NCBI GenBank assembly: GCA_963812035.1
Contig: CAWETG010000001.1
Coordinates: forward strand, 654,987-718,986
DNA from: an uncultured Gemmatimonadales bacterium
Lineage (GTDB): Bacteria > Gemmatimonadota > Gemmatimonadetes > Gemmatimonadales > JACORV01
Direction of reading: 5' to 3'
Length of the DNA stretch: 64,000 bases
Shown: piece by piece, positions 55,295 through 64,000 of the stretch
How positions within the stretch are numbered: the first letter of the stretch is position 1
How the letters are laid out: every line of letters starts with the position of its first letter
Made by a program: the position numbers and the translations under genes
Notes under the pieces: generated by a model
What the model was told of the DNA's origin: nothing
The model's input: only the letters and a program-made list of their open reading frames with translations
The model's database searches: none

Positions 55295-56554
55295 CTACCT
55301 TGGCGCGGCCCCGGGCGCGAGGAACCGCTCCCGCCGCCGACGCGCCTGGGCGTGGGCGGCCCAGCCAACAGCCACTGGCGCAATCACCGCGATGACCCAG
55401 AGCACCGGCACCGAGAGGCCCAGCTCTGCGCCGAAACCCGCCAGCGACAGCGCGAGGAAGAGCGTGATGGTGGCGAGCCCGAGGGCGAGCCGCAGCGGGC
55501 TCTCCAACGGGGGCTCCGTGTAGTAGAGCGACGACGGCCCCCGATCGAGCCACGGCACCAGCACGATCACCAGGGAGAGAATCCCGGGCACGAGCATCGC
55601 GCCGAAGACCTCCGACCCGATCGTCGCACCGAACAGCTTAAAGCTGAGCCCCCCGGGGATCAGGCGCAGCGCACCGTACACCCACAGCAGGTACCAGTCG
55701 GGTTTCACCTCCGGCGTCACCGGCTGCGGCGGCCCATAGAAGGCGGAGGGGTGCACCGGGAGGAACGCCGCCAGGGCCGCCAGCACGCCCAGCAGCACCA
55801 GGAACAGCACCCCCATCAGCGCGACCTGCTCCGGCCAGAGCGGAATCCCGCGGATGTAGGCACCCTCGGCCGCGTCGGGCCGGACCCCGGCGCGCCGCAT
55901 CTCGGTGTGCTTCTGCTTGAGCACGATGACGAGGTGCAGGGCGATCAGCCCGCTCAATGCCAGCGGCGCCCACACCACGTGGTAGGCGAAGAACCGCGGC
56001 ACGGTGGCGCTCGACGGGAACTGCCCGGCGAACACGAGATCCGCGAGGGTGGAGCCGACCCACGGCACCGAGCGCGCGATGCCGTACCCGATGGCGGTCG
56101 CCGTCACGGAGAACTGATCGAAGGGGAGCAGGTAGCCGGCGAACGACGCGCCGAGCGTGGCGCCGAGCAGCCCCAGGCCGAGCACCCAGTTCACCTCGCG
56201 CGGCTTGCGGTACGAGGCGGTGAAATAGATCCGGAGGAGGTGCAGGAGGACGGCCGCGATCATCAGATGGGCCGCCCAGTGGTGAATCCGCCGCATCAAC
56301 GCCCCGAACGGGTGGCTGTCGATGAGCAGCGTGCTCGCGTACGCCGCAGGCGCGGCGCCGTGCCCCGAGAGGAGCTGCGCCGAAGGCTCGTAGAACAGGG
56401 CCAGGTAGAGCCCCGTCGCCACCAGGATCACGAAGCAGAAGAGCGCGATCTCGCCCAAGAAGAATGTCGAGTGGACCGGGAAGGGCTTGCCGAGGTACTT
56501 GGCGCGGAAGCGTTCGAGCGCGAGCCGCTCGTCGAGCCAGCGTGGCACGGTCAT
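55295..56554 (-). CDS. cytochrome b (bc/b6f-type, N- and C-terminal domains fused)
   Basis: 419 aa and polytopic. RRIHHWAAHLMIAAVLLHLLRIYF and later His-bearing helices are present. Confidence 0.85.
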   Translation of the reverse strand: MTVPRWLDERLALERFRAKYLGKPFPVHSTFFLGEIALFCFVILVATGLYLALFYEPSAQLLSGHGAAPAAYASTLLIDSHPFGALMRRIHHWAAHLMIAAVLLHLLRIYFTASYRKPREVNWVLGLGLLGATLGASFAGYLLPFDQFSVTATAIGYGIARSVPWVGSTLADLVFAGQFPSSATVPRFFAYHVVWAPLALSGLIALHLVIVLKQKHTEMRRAGVRPDAAEGAYIRGIPLWPEQVALMGVLFLVLLGVLAALAAFLPVHPSAFYGPPQPVTPEVKPDWYLLWVYGALRLIPGGLSFKLFGATIGSEVFGAMLVPGILSLVIVLVPWLDRGPSSLYYTEPPLESPLRLALGLATITLFLALSLAGFGAELGLSVPVLWVIAVIAPVAVGWAAHAQARRRRERFLAPGAAPR

Positions 56555-56567
56555 CCGCGGGCCCCCC

Positions 56568-57140
56568 CTACGCCTTGACGCCGATCGGCGCGCTGAACGG
56601 CCCGGCGACGATCACCTCACCCTTGGCGTTCAACTTGACCGGCAGCTGCGGCAGCGGCCGCGGCGCGGGACCGCCCAGGACCGTGCACCCGTGCTGTGGG
56701 TCGAACATCGCGCCGTGGCACGGGCAATGGACATGCGGGAAGGGGGCCTGTTCCATCGGCTCCTCGGAGAACCGCACCGTACAACCCAGGTGCGTACAGA
56801 TCGCGCTGTAGGCCACGATGCCGTGGGCGGTGCCGGCGATGTCGGTCGGCGGCTGGACCTGCGCCGGATCGAGCTTGCAGACCATCGCCAGGTTCTCGTG
56901 GTTGTCGGACTTCCCCTCGGGATATGCGAGCACCGCTTCGTTCTGGGTGAAGCTCCCCTCCGTGATCGCCTCGCCCGCGTTGCCCCCCAGGGCGAAGACC
57001 AGCCGGTCCCCGGCCTCGACCCCGCGCGTGGCCGACGTGCGGGAGCGCCCCCGCAAGGTGATCACGCCCGGCAGGAGCGCCGCGATGGCGGCGACGATGC
57101 CCGTCTTCAGCGACCAGTTCGCGAAGCGTCGGCGATCCAC
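56568..57140 (-). CDS. Rieske 2Fe-2S subunit
   Basis: Twin-arginine signal MDRRRFANW. Cluster boxes CTHLGCTV and CPCHGAMF. GGGAGG SD upstream. Confidence 0.9.
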   Translation of the reverse strand: MDRRRFANWSLKTGIVAAIAALLPGVITLRGRSRTSATRGVEAGDRLVFALGGNAGEAITEGSFTQNEAVLAYPEGKSDNHENLAMVCKLDPAQVQPPTDIAGTAHGIVAYSAICTHLGCTVRFSEEPMEQAPFPHVHCPCHGAMFDPQHGCTVLGGPAPRPLPQLPVKLNAKGEVIVAGPFSAPIGVKA

Positions 57141-57153
57141 GCGTCCAACCTCC

Positions 57154-58159
57154 CTACCAGGGAATCCCGTCGTCGCGTTCCGTGCGGATGGACTCCCAGC
57201 GCACGAACGCGCGGCTGTACATCACGACGATGCCGGCCAGCGCGAGCAGCCCCACCGCCAGGCTCGACCCCAGCAGCCAGACCGGCTCCGCCCGCGCGAC
57301 GGCCACCGCGAAGGTCGCGAGGGACGCCACCTCCACCACCATGAAGACCGGGATCAGCGCCATCGCCACCCCCGTCCGCTCCGCGGAGGCGCCCTCGGCG
57401 GCGTGGGAGCCTTCGGCCCAACCCGCCACCACCCCATGCACGCCGACGATCAGGAGGACCGCCATCCACACGGTGATCATGATCTGGACGTCGGTGAGGT
57501 GATCCGGCAGCAGCGCCCCGCCCGCGGCCTCAGCCGGCGGCCCCGCGAACAGGTCGAGGAGCGCCACGGCCTTGTGCCCCCCGGCGTGGTACGCGGTGAA
57601 GTCCTTCGCGTCGGCGGACGCCATGAGCACGCGCGTCTGGCCCGCCATGATCGGCTGGTCCGTGCTGTCGTGCGCGGCCAGCGGCCGCTCGAACTCGATC
57701 GTCGTGCCGGCCGCGGTCGTGAGCCCCGCCGAGCCGAGGATGTCGTCGTGGCCGCCCAGGGCCGTGTCGGCCACGTGCGACACCGGAGTATTCGCGTAGT
57801 CGTCCTCCACGTGGGCGCCGCGCGCGTCTACGTAGCCGATCACGATGTCGGCGCCAAACATCAGCGGCCCCGCGCCCCCGAACCCTATGGCAACCCAACC
57901 CGTGTTCGGGCGTCGAAATCGCGCCGATCAGGCGGTCGCCGACGATGCTCCACTCGAAGGCAAGCTGGCTCGCCGGATCCACCCACCGGAATTGGTACTC
58001 CCCGGGGGTGATGCGGCCGTCGAGCTGGTGGGTGGCGTGGCCGGGCCGCGCCAGCGCGAGCAGCCGCTGCGGAAGCCGGAGCGTGAAGGCGAGGAGCAGC
58101 GCGAGCACCACGCCCGCGCCCAGCGCCACCAGCGGGAGGCGATCCCGGCCTGGCGTCAC
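57154..58159 (-). pseudogene. DOMON-domain membrane protein interrupted by a single-base frameshift (or a sequencing indel)
   Basis: GTG 58159 (GAGGAGGGG upstream, GTGA overlap with the upstream stop) opens ...ITPGEYQFRWVDPASQLAFEWSIVGDRLIGAISTPEHG. The frame then breaks at gggttgggttgcc (about 57897). Dropping one T restores ...HGWVAIGFGGAGPLMFGADIVIGYVD, which continues into ORF 57154..57861 with 3 C-terminal TM helices. The length of 1006 nt is not a multiple of 3. Confidence 0.7.
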
Positions 58160-58941
58160 TCGCCCCTCCTCGGATTGCGCGGCACCGCGCCGATGCCGCT
58201 CTCGCGCGGGGCCGGGTGCCCAAGAGCCTGCCAGGCCTCCACGAGGGCCTGCCTCGCTTCCCCAAGTCGCGCCGCCGCCGAGTCGAGGCGGAAGCTGTGC
58301 CAGACCTCGGCCGCCGCGCTCAGATGCCGCTCGGCATCCCCGAGCAGGATGGTGGCGCGCGCGCCGGCACGGGTGCCGCGCCGCCCCGCGGCGTCGGTCG
58401 AGACGACGTCGAAGAGAATGTTCTCGGTTCGGACCAGCGCCAGAACCCGGGAGGCCTCCCGCGCCTTCTCGGGCGGCGCGACCCCGCCCTCCACGTGGCA
58501 CGCCGAGCACGTCGTCAGCAGCCGCTCAGGGGTGAGGATCGACGTGGCCATCGAGCCGTGGCAAGTCACGCAGTTCGGGCCCCGGCCGTCGGACTCCAGC
58601 CGCGCGAAGTGCAGGCTCGTGCGGAAATACGCCGCTTCAGCGGCGTGGCACCGGCCGCAGGTGTCAGGGATGCGCGTGAAGAACACCGGGCTCGAAGGTT
58701 GACTCGACAACAGCACGCCCTGGTGTGCCGCGGCCGCGTTGGTGGCGGCGGGATTCCCTCCGTGACACGCCTCGCAGGTCACACCGGCCGCCGCGTGGGG
58801 GGACGCCTGCCATGCGGCGAAGCCGTGGCCCGCGCCGGAGGCCCCGCTCTGGCGGGCGTGGCAGGTCATGCATTCGCTGCGCGGCGGCCGCTGGCGAGCG
58901 TGGGCCGGCACCGCCGCGAGCGCCACGGCCAACGCTGCCAT
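58156..58941 (-). CDS. pentahaem c-type cytochrome
   Basis: CMTCH, CEACH, CGRCH, CVTCH and CSACH. Start placed at ATG 58941 (MAALAVALAAVPAHA). The longer ORF would overlap the upstream gene by 80 nt. Confidence 0.75.
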   Translation of the reverse strand: MAALAVALAAVPAHARQRPPRSECMTCHARQSGASGAGHGFAAWQASPHAAAGVTCEACHGGNPAATNAAAAHQGVLLSSQPSSPVFFTRIPDTCGRCHAAEAAYFRTSLHFARLESDGRGPNCVTCHGSMATSILTPERLLTTCSACHVEGGVAPPEKAREASRVLALVRTENILFDVVSTDAAGRRGTRAGARATILLGDAERHLSAAAEVWHSFRLDSAAARLGEARQALVEAWQALGHPAPRESGIGAVPRNPRRGE

Positions 58942-59002
58942 CGGCACCACACGCCAGCGGAGCAGCCCGCGCTCACGACCGACTTGACGACCGGGGCGCA
59001 GC

Positions 59003-59440
59003 TCAGCCACCGCCCGGGCCCGGAGCAGGTGCGGCCGCCACCTCGTGACACAGCTTGCACGTGGAGCCGTCGAAATTCGCATGCGACACGGGGGGCGACG
59101 GAGCGGCGCCCGGCACCGGGGCGGCGCCCGCTACCGCCTGCACGTGGCACTTCCGGCACTCCGCATGCACCTCGTCAGCGGCGTGCTTGATCGGGGTCGG
59201 CGTCTCCGCGATCGGCTTGTGGCACATCCCGCACGCGCCGTTGGCAAAGTGGTGCGTCGCCGGCACGCTGGTGATGTGCGCGTTGGCCCCGGCGCCGTGG
59301 CAGCTCAGACAGTCCTGCTTCCCTGCCGCCGGGTGCAGCATCCGCGGCGGCGTGTGCGGCGCCGCCTGCGCACGCAACGTGGACGCGCCCACCCAGGCCA
59401 CGAGGGCGGCGGACGCGAGCGCTGCACGTACCGCGCTCAT
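59003..59440 (-). CDS. tetrahaem c-type cytochrome
   Basis: Start at ATG 59440 with AGGAGG SD, then a signal peptide. CLSCH, CGMCH, CRKCH and CKLCH. Confidence 0.8.
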   Translation of the reverse strand: MSAVRAALASAALVAWVGASTLRAQAAPHTPPRMLHPAAGKQDCLSCHGAGANAHITSVPATHHFANGACGMCHKPIAETPTPIKHAADEVHAECRKCHVQAVAGAAPVPGAAPSPPVSHANFDGSTCKLCHEVAAAPAPGPGGG

Positions 59441-59492
59441 GCTCACCTCCTGCGCACAGCGCGCCGATGCCGGCCGCCGGCGGCTCGAGTCC

Positions 59493-59825
59493 CTAGTGTT
59501 TGCTGAACGTCCTGATGTAGCTGACGAGAGCGGCAATCTGCTCCGGCGTGAGCCGGCTCTTGTACGACGGCATCATACGACCCTTGCCGTTCATCACCGT
59601 CGCGCGCAGGACGCTGTCCGGCACCGATGCCAGCGTAGCCGCTACCCCGAAATCCGGCACACCCATCGAGGTCTTCATCGACGCAGTCGGCGTGCCTGCC
59701 GCGCCGTGGCACGAGGCACAAGTCTTCGCGAACAGCGTCGCTGCGCCGGCCGGCTGCTGGGCGCGCAGCGTCACCGCTGCAGCGAGTCCGAGCGCGACCG
59801 TCAGGAGAATTGCTTTCGTCGCCAT
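59493..59825 (-). CDS. monohaem class I cytochrome c
   Basis: GGAAGG SD and a signal peptide. CASCH plus a downstream Met (GKGRMMPSY). C-terminal LTPEQIAALVSYI is typical of c55x-type proteins. Confidence 0.85.
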   Translation of the reverse strand: MATKAILLTVALGLAAAVTLRAQQPAGAATLFAKTCASCHGAAGTPTASMKTSMGVPDFGVAATLASVPDSVLRATVMNGKGRMMPSYKSRLTPEQIAALVSYIRTFSKH

Positions 59826-60185
59826 GAAGCCTTCCGATCTCAGGAGTCCACTCGCCGCGGCGGAGTGCCGGCGGCACGAGCCACAACACGGACGAACGCC
59901 ACACCCGCAGGCCCTGGCCTCAGCTCATTGGCACACTGGCTCAGCGCCAAGCGCCGGGCTGCGGGGAGAGGAATCTATATGCCGCCTGTCGAAATGCCAT
60001 TTTCATCCTCAAAAAAAACCGACAGAATTCCGAATGATTGACTAGGAGACTTTGGCCGCTGGGCAACGAGCCCATTGGCCGAGCCTCGGTGCCGCAGGAT
60101 AACTACCTCCGGGAGGCCTCCAATTGGCCCCCAGGCAGCCCTTTGGTTGCTATCATGGCGCAACCTGACGAGCTTTCGGGACAGG

Positions 60186-61260
60186 ATGCCTCAGACCCTA
60201 TCCCAACCCGACCCCGCGCTCGTCGCTGCCATTCTCGACATGGCGGCCGACGCCATCATCTGCGTCGGCCCGGACGACCGCGTCCTCTCCTGCAACCGGG
60301 GGGCGGAGAAGATGCTCGGCTGGACCGCCCAGGAGTTGGTGGGCCAGCCGTTCGCGGTCCTGCTGCCGGAGGAGGAGCTGGCGCGCGGCGAGGTCGACTG
60401 GATGCGCCGCACGACGAACGCCCAGGGCGCGCTCCGCGACTACGAGACGCGGCGGAAGACCAAGGATGGCCACATCGTCGACGTGAGCATCACCCGGACG
60501 GTGGTGTACGACGAGTCCGGGAACCTCATCGGCTACTCGGCGATCCTGCGCGACATCTCCGACCGCAAGCGCATCGAGCGGCAACTGCTCACCGCCGAGC
60601 GGCTGGCCACGGCGGGCCAGGTGGCCGCGGGCGTCGCCCACGAAATCGGCGCGCCGCTCACCGCCATCTCGGTGGCGGTAGATCACATGCTCCAGTCCCG
60701 CTGCAACTTCTGCGGAGGCGGCGAGGAAATGCAGGTCCTGCTGTCGCAGACCGACCGCATCGCCAAGCTGGCCCGCCGCCTGGTGAACCTCGCCAAGCCG
60801 GCGGGGCTGGTGTTCACGCCGACCAGCGCCAACGAGACGGTGGAGCAGGCGACGAGCCTGGTGCAGCCGCAGCTCAGCCGGCACCGCATCCGACTCGAGC
60901 TCGATCTGGATCCGGAGCTTCCCGCCATTCACGCGGACGAGGCGCAGCTGCAGCAGGTGCTGATCAACCTGTTCCTCAACGCGCAGCGGGCGATGGCCGA
61001 CACAGGCGGCCTGCTGAAGGTCGCGACCGGCGCGAACGGAAGCGACATGGTCGAGATCATCGTCTCCGACAATGGTCCGGGCATCGCCGAAGCGGATCTC
61101 CCCCACATCTTCACGCCGTTCTTCTCGCGCTCCGGCGGCACCGGACTCGGCCTGGCACTCGCGGCACAGATTGTGAAATCGCACCGCGGGACCATCGACG
61201 TCGCCTCGCAGATTGGCCACGGCGCGACCTTCACCATCCGGATTCCCGCATCGGTGAGCC

Positions 61261-61268
<8 letters not shown>
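60186..61268 (+). CDS. cytoplasmic PAS-domain sensor histidine kinase
   Basis: Start moved to ATG 60186. PAS region (ILDMAADAIICVGPDDRVLSCNRGAEKMLGW...DGHIVDVSIT). H-box VAHEIGAPLTAI, N-box LFLNAQRAM, DNGPGI and GGTGLGLA. No TM segment. Confidence 0.85.
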
Positions 61269-62709
<1,441 letters not shown>

Positions 62710-62756
62710 ATACGCCGCCGCCCTCCCGGCGCGGACACGTTGTCTCATGGGACCCT

Positions 62757-62786
62757 GAGGCCCCGGCGGAAATCCGCCGGGGCCTC
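62757..62786 (+). terminator. hairpin terminator after the sigma-54 activator gene
   Basis: gaggccccggcgg / aaat / ccgccggggcctc gives a 13-bp perfect stem. The T-tract is weak (gttgt). Confidence 0.55.
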
Positions 62787-62869
62787 GTTGTAACTAACAA
62801 CCGGATAATGAGTTACGAAACCGGCACCGATTCGCTCCCGTGGTACGCGATGCGCAACTGAGAGGGAGT

Positions 62870-63598
62870 GTGATCGAGTCCCTGCTGATCGCCGTGGACG
62901 CCGCCGCTTTTGCGGATCGCGTGGCCGGATGGCTGCCCGATCTGGTGAGCGCGGGCGTGCGCCGGGCCACCCTGTTCCACGCTATCGAGGGTGTCGGCGA
63001 CGAGTGCGTGCGGGAACTCGACGAGCTTCGTCCGAGGCTCGACCGTCTCGCCGTGCAGCTGTCGGCACGCGAGGTGGAAACGGAGATCGCCCTCAAGCGC
63101 GGTGACCGGGTGCGGTGGCTGACGTCGCTCGCCGAGCTGCGCACGAGCCAGGTTGTCGTGCTGGGCGTGCGGTGCTCCATGGCCTCGAGTCAGCACACGA
63201 TCGGCACGACACTGCGGCTGATGCTCGAGGAGTCGCACGCTCCCTTGCTCGTGCTTCCCGCGCCCGTCGACCCAGCGGCTCCGCGGCTGTTCGATCAGCC
63301 GGTGCTGCTGTCGAACGGCCGCACCAACGCCGCGCTCGAATCCCGGGCGCGCGCCCTCATCCCGGTCCCGTTGCGCGCGGCCAAGTTCGACCCGGACGAC
63401 GCCGCTCCGCCGGAGGCCTCGCTGATCGTCGCCGGTCCCGAATTGTCGGGTCACGCGTTCGAACGCGTGATCACGACTGGAAGCTCCTGCCCGGTGCTCG
63501 TTTTCCCGGCCCCGTCCCTTTCGACCCATCCTGAGAAGGGCCCGAGTACCGTAGTCACCCCACCGTCGGAAGCATCGGGCACCGCGCGCAAGGGCTAA
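62870..63598 (+). CDS. tandem universal stress protein (UspA)-like protein
   Basis: Start placed at GTG 62870 (AGAGGGAG upstream). VIESLLIAVDAA... and ...VVVLGVR....IGTTLRLMLEESHAPLLVLP are USP-like. A second degenerate half follows. Confidence 0.55.
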   Translation: MIESLLIAVDAAAFADRVAGWLPDLVSAGVRRATLFHAIEGVGDECVRELDELRPRLDRLAVQLSAREVETEIALKRGDRVRWLTSLAELRTSQVVVLGVRCSMASSQHTIGTTLRLMLEESHAPLLVLPAPVDPAAPRLFDQPVLLSNGRTNAALESRARALIPVPLRAAKFDPDDAAPPEASLIVAGPELSGHAFERVITTGSSCPVLVFPAPSLSTHPEKGPSTVVTPPSEASGTARKG

Positions 63599-63627
63599 GT
63601 CAGCAATGACCGCGGCCCGCCGTGTGG

Positions 63628-63660
63628 TGCCCGACTTCCGAGTCGGGCATCATTTTTTTT
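63628..63660 (+). terminator. rho-independent terminator
   Basis: tgcccgact / tccg / agtcgggca, followed by a T8 run. Confidence 0.8.
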
Positions 63661-63704
63661 GAGGGGGAGGAGCAGACTGGCACCGGAGATTCCGGCGCCG
63701 CGGC

Positions 63705-64000
63705 TTAGAGGGCCGACAACTCCGCGAGAACTTCCGCCCCGTAGAAGAGGCGGATGTACTTGGCCTGCGTCGGCGTGAGCCGGCGCACCGCCCACGCCAG
63801 GTGGACGAAGTGCGGCTCGACCGGCGGCCGGAGCGGGTGCATGCCCAGCTCTTCCGGCAGGTGGCTGCCCTTGCGGGCGTTACAGGTCGAGCAGGCCGTC
63901 ACGACGTTGGTCCACGCGTTGGTGCCCCCGCGCGACAGCGGCACGAGGTGGTCGCGGGTGAGGCACTCGCGCGGGCGTAGCTGGTTCTGCGGCCGCGAGC
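63705..64000 (-). CDS. HNH endonuclease, 5' end beyond the window
   Basis: The frame stays open to the window edge. ...CLTRDHLVPLSRGGTNAWTNVVTACSTCNARKG is an HNH core. Confidence 0.7.
   Translation of the reverse strand, partial: SRPQNQLRPRECLTRDHLVPLSRGGTNAWTNVVTACSTCNARKGSHLPEELGMHPLRPPVEPHFVHLAWAVRRLTPTQAKYIRLFYGAEVLAELSAL

Noticed and set aside
57889-57904. Programmed +1 ribosomal frameshift in the DOMON gene.
   Set aside because: I see no recognisable slippery or shifty sequence, rare-codon pause or stimulatory structure. An indel or sequencing error is the simpler explanation.
59986-60025. Sigma-54-like TGGCAT-ttcga-CAGGC on the minus strand upstream of the bc-type operon.
   Set aside because: The GG-to-GC spacing is 11 nt rather than 10 nt, and the -12 box does not match TTGC.
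60124-60139. TGGCCCccaggCAGCc as a sigma-54 promoter for the PAS kinase.
   Set aside because: The spacing is correct but both boxes are poor. GG-N10-GC occurs by chance often in GC-rich DNA.
62841-62856. TGGTACgcgatGCGCA as a sigma-54 promoter for the USP-like gene.
   Set aside because: The predicted transcription start would fall on the SD and start codon at 62861-62872, and the -12 box is degenerate.

Overview
GC-rich bacterial chromosomal segment. The protein sequences resemble those of a high-GC soil lineage such as Gemmatimonadota, but I cannot verify taxonomy. Genes are densely packed, and many show 4-nt start/stop overlaps. I saw no rRNA, tRNA, CRISPR array, integrase or transposase. 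About 57 CDS are supported. From 1 to 48 kb the content is mostly housekeeping and envelope functions: malQ (truncated at the window edge and absent from the ORF track), a BNR/Asp-box propeller, an S41 protease, a GH31 glucosidase, MFS and APC transporters, lon, rho, ruvX, mltG, thiE, a Cys-type formate dehydrogenase, tdh-kbl, panD, and an NtrY/NtrX-like two-component pair. The main finding lies at 49.0-62.7 kb. A plus-strand set encodes a lipoprotein cytochrome with 9 haem motifs behind a near-consensus sigma-54 promoter, then a membrane-anchored NapC/NirT-like cytochrome with 20 haem motifs, an outer-membrane beta-barrel, and a 16-haem cytochrome. It converges on a minus-strand operon of mono-, tetra- and penta-haem cytochromes c, a frameshifted DOMON membrane protein, a Rieske protein and cytochrome b. 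A PAS histidine kinase and a GAFTGA sigma-54 activator lie next to it. I read this as a candidate, uncharacterised porin-cytochrome electron conduit wired to a bc-type complex. Secondary findings: a 21-aa poly-lysine micro-ORF with a strong SD upstream of an FHA-FHA-TM-trypsin protease; an octamer (GGGGCACG) G-quadruplex-type repeat at two coding loci; a dispersed palindromic intergenic repeat family; a standalone DHp (HisKA-only) protein upstream of lon; and an NYN-LOTUS-RGG protein. All family assignments rest on motifs read by eye. No database search was run.
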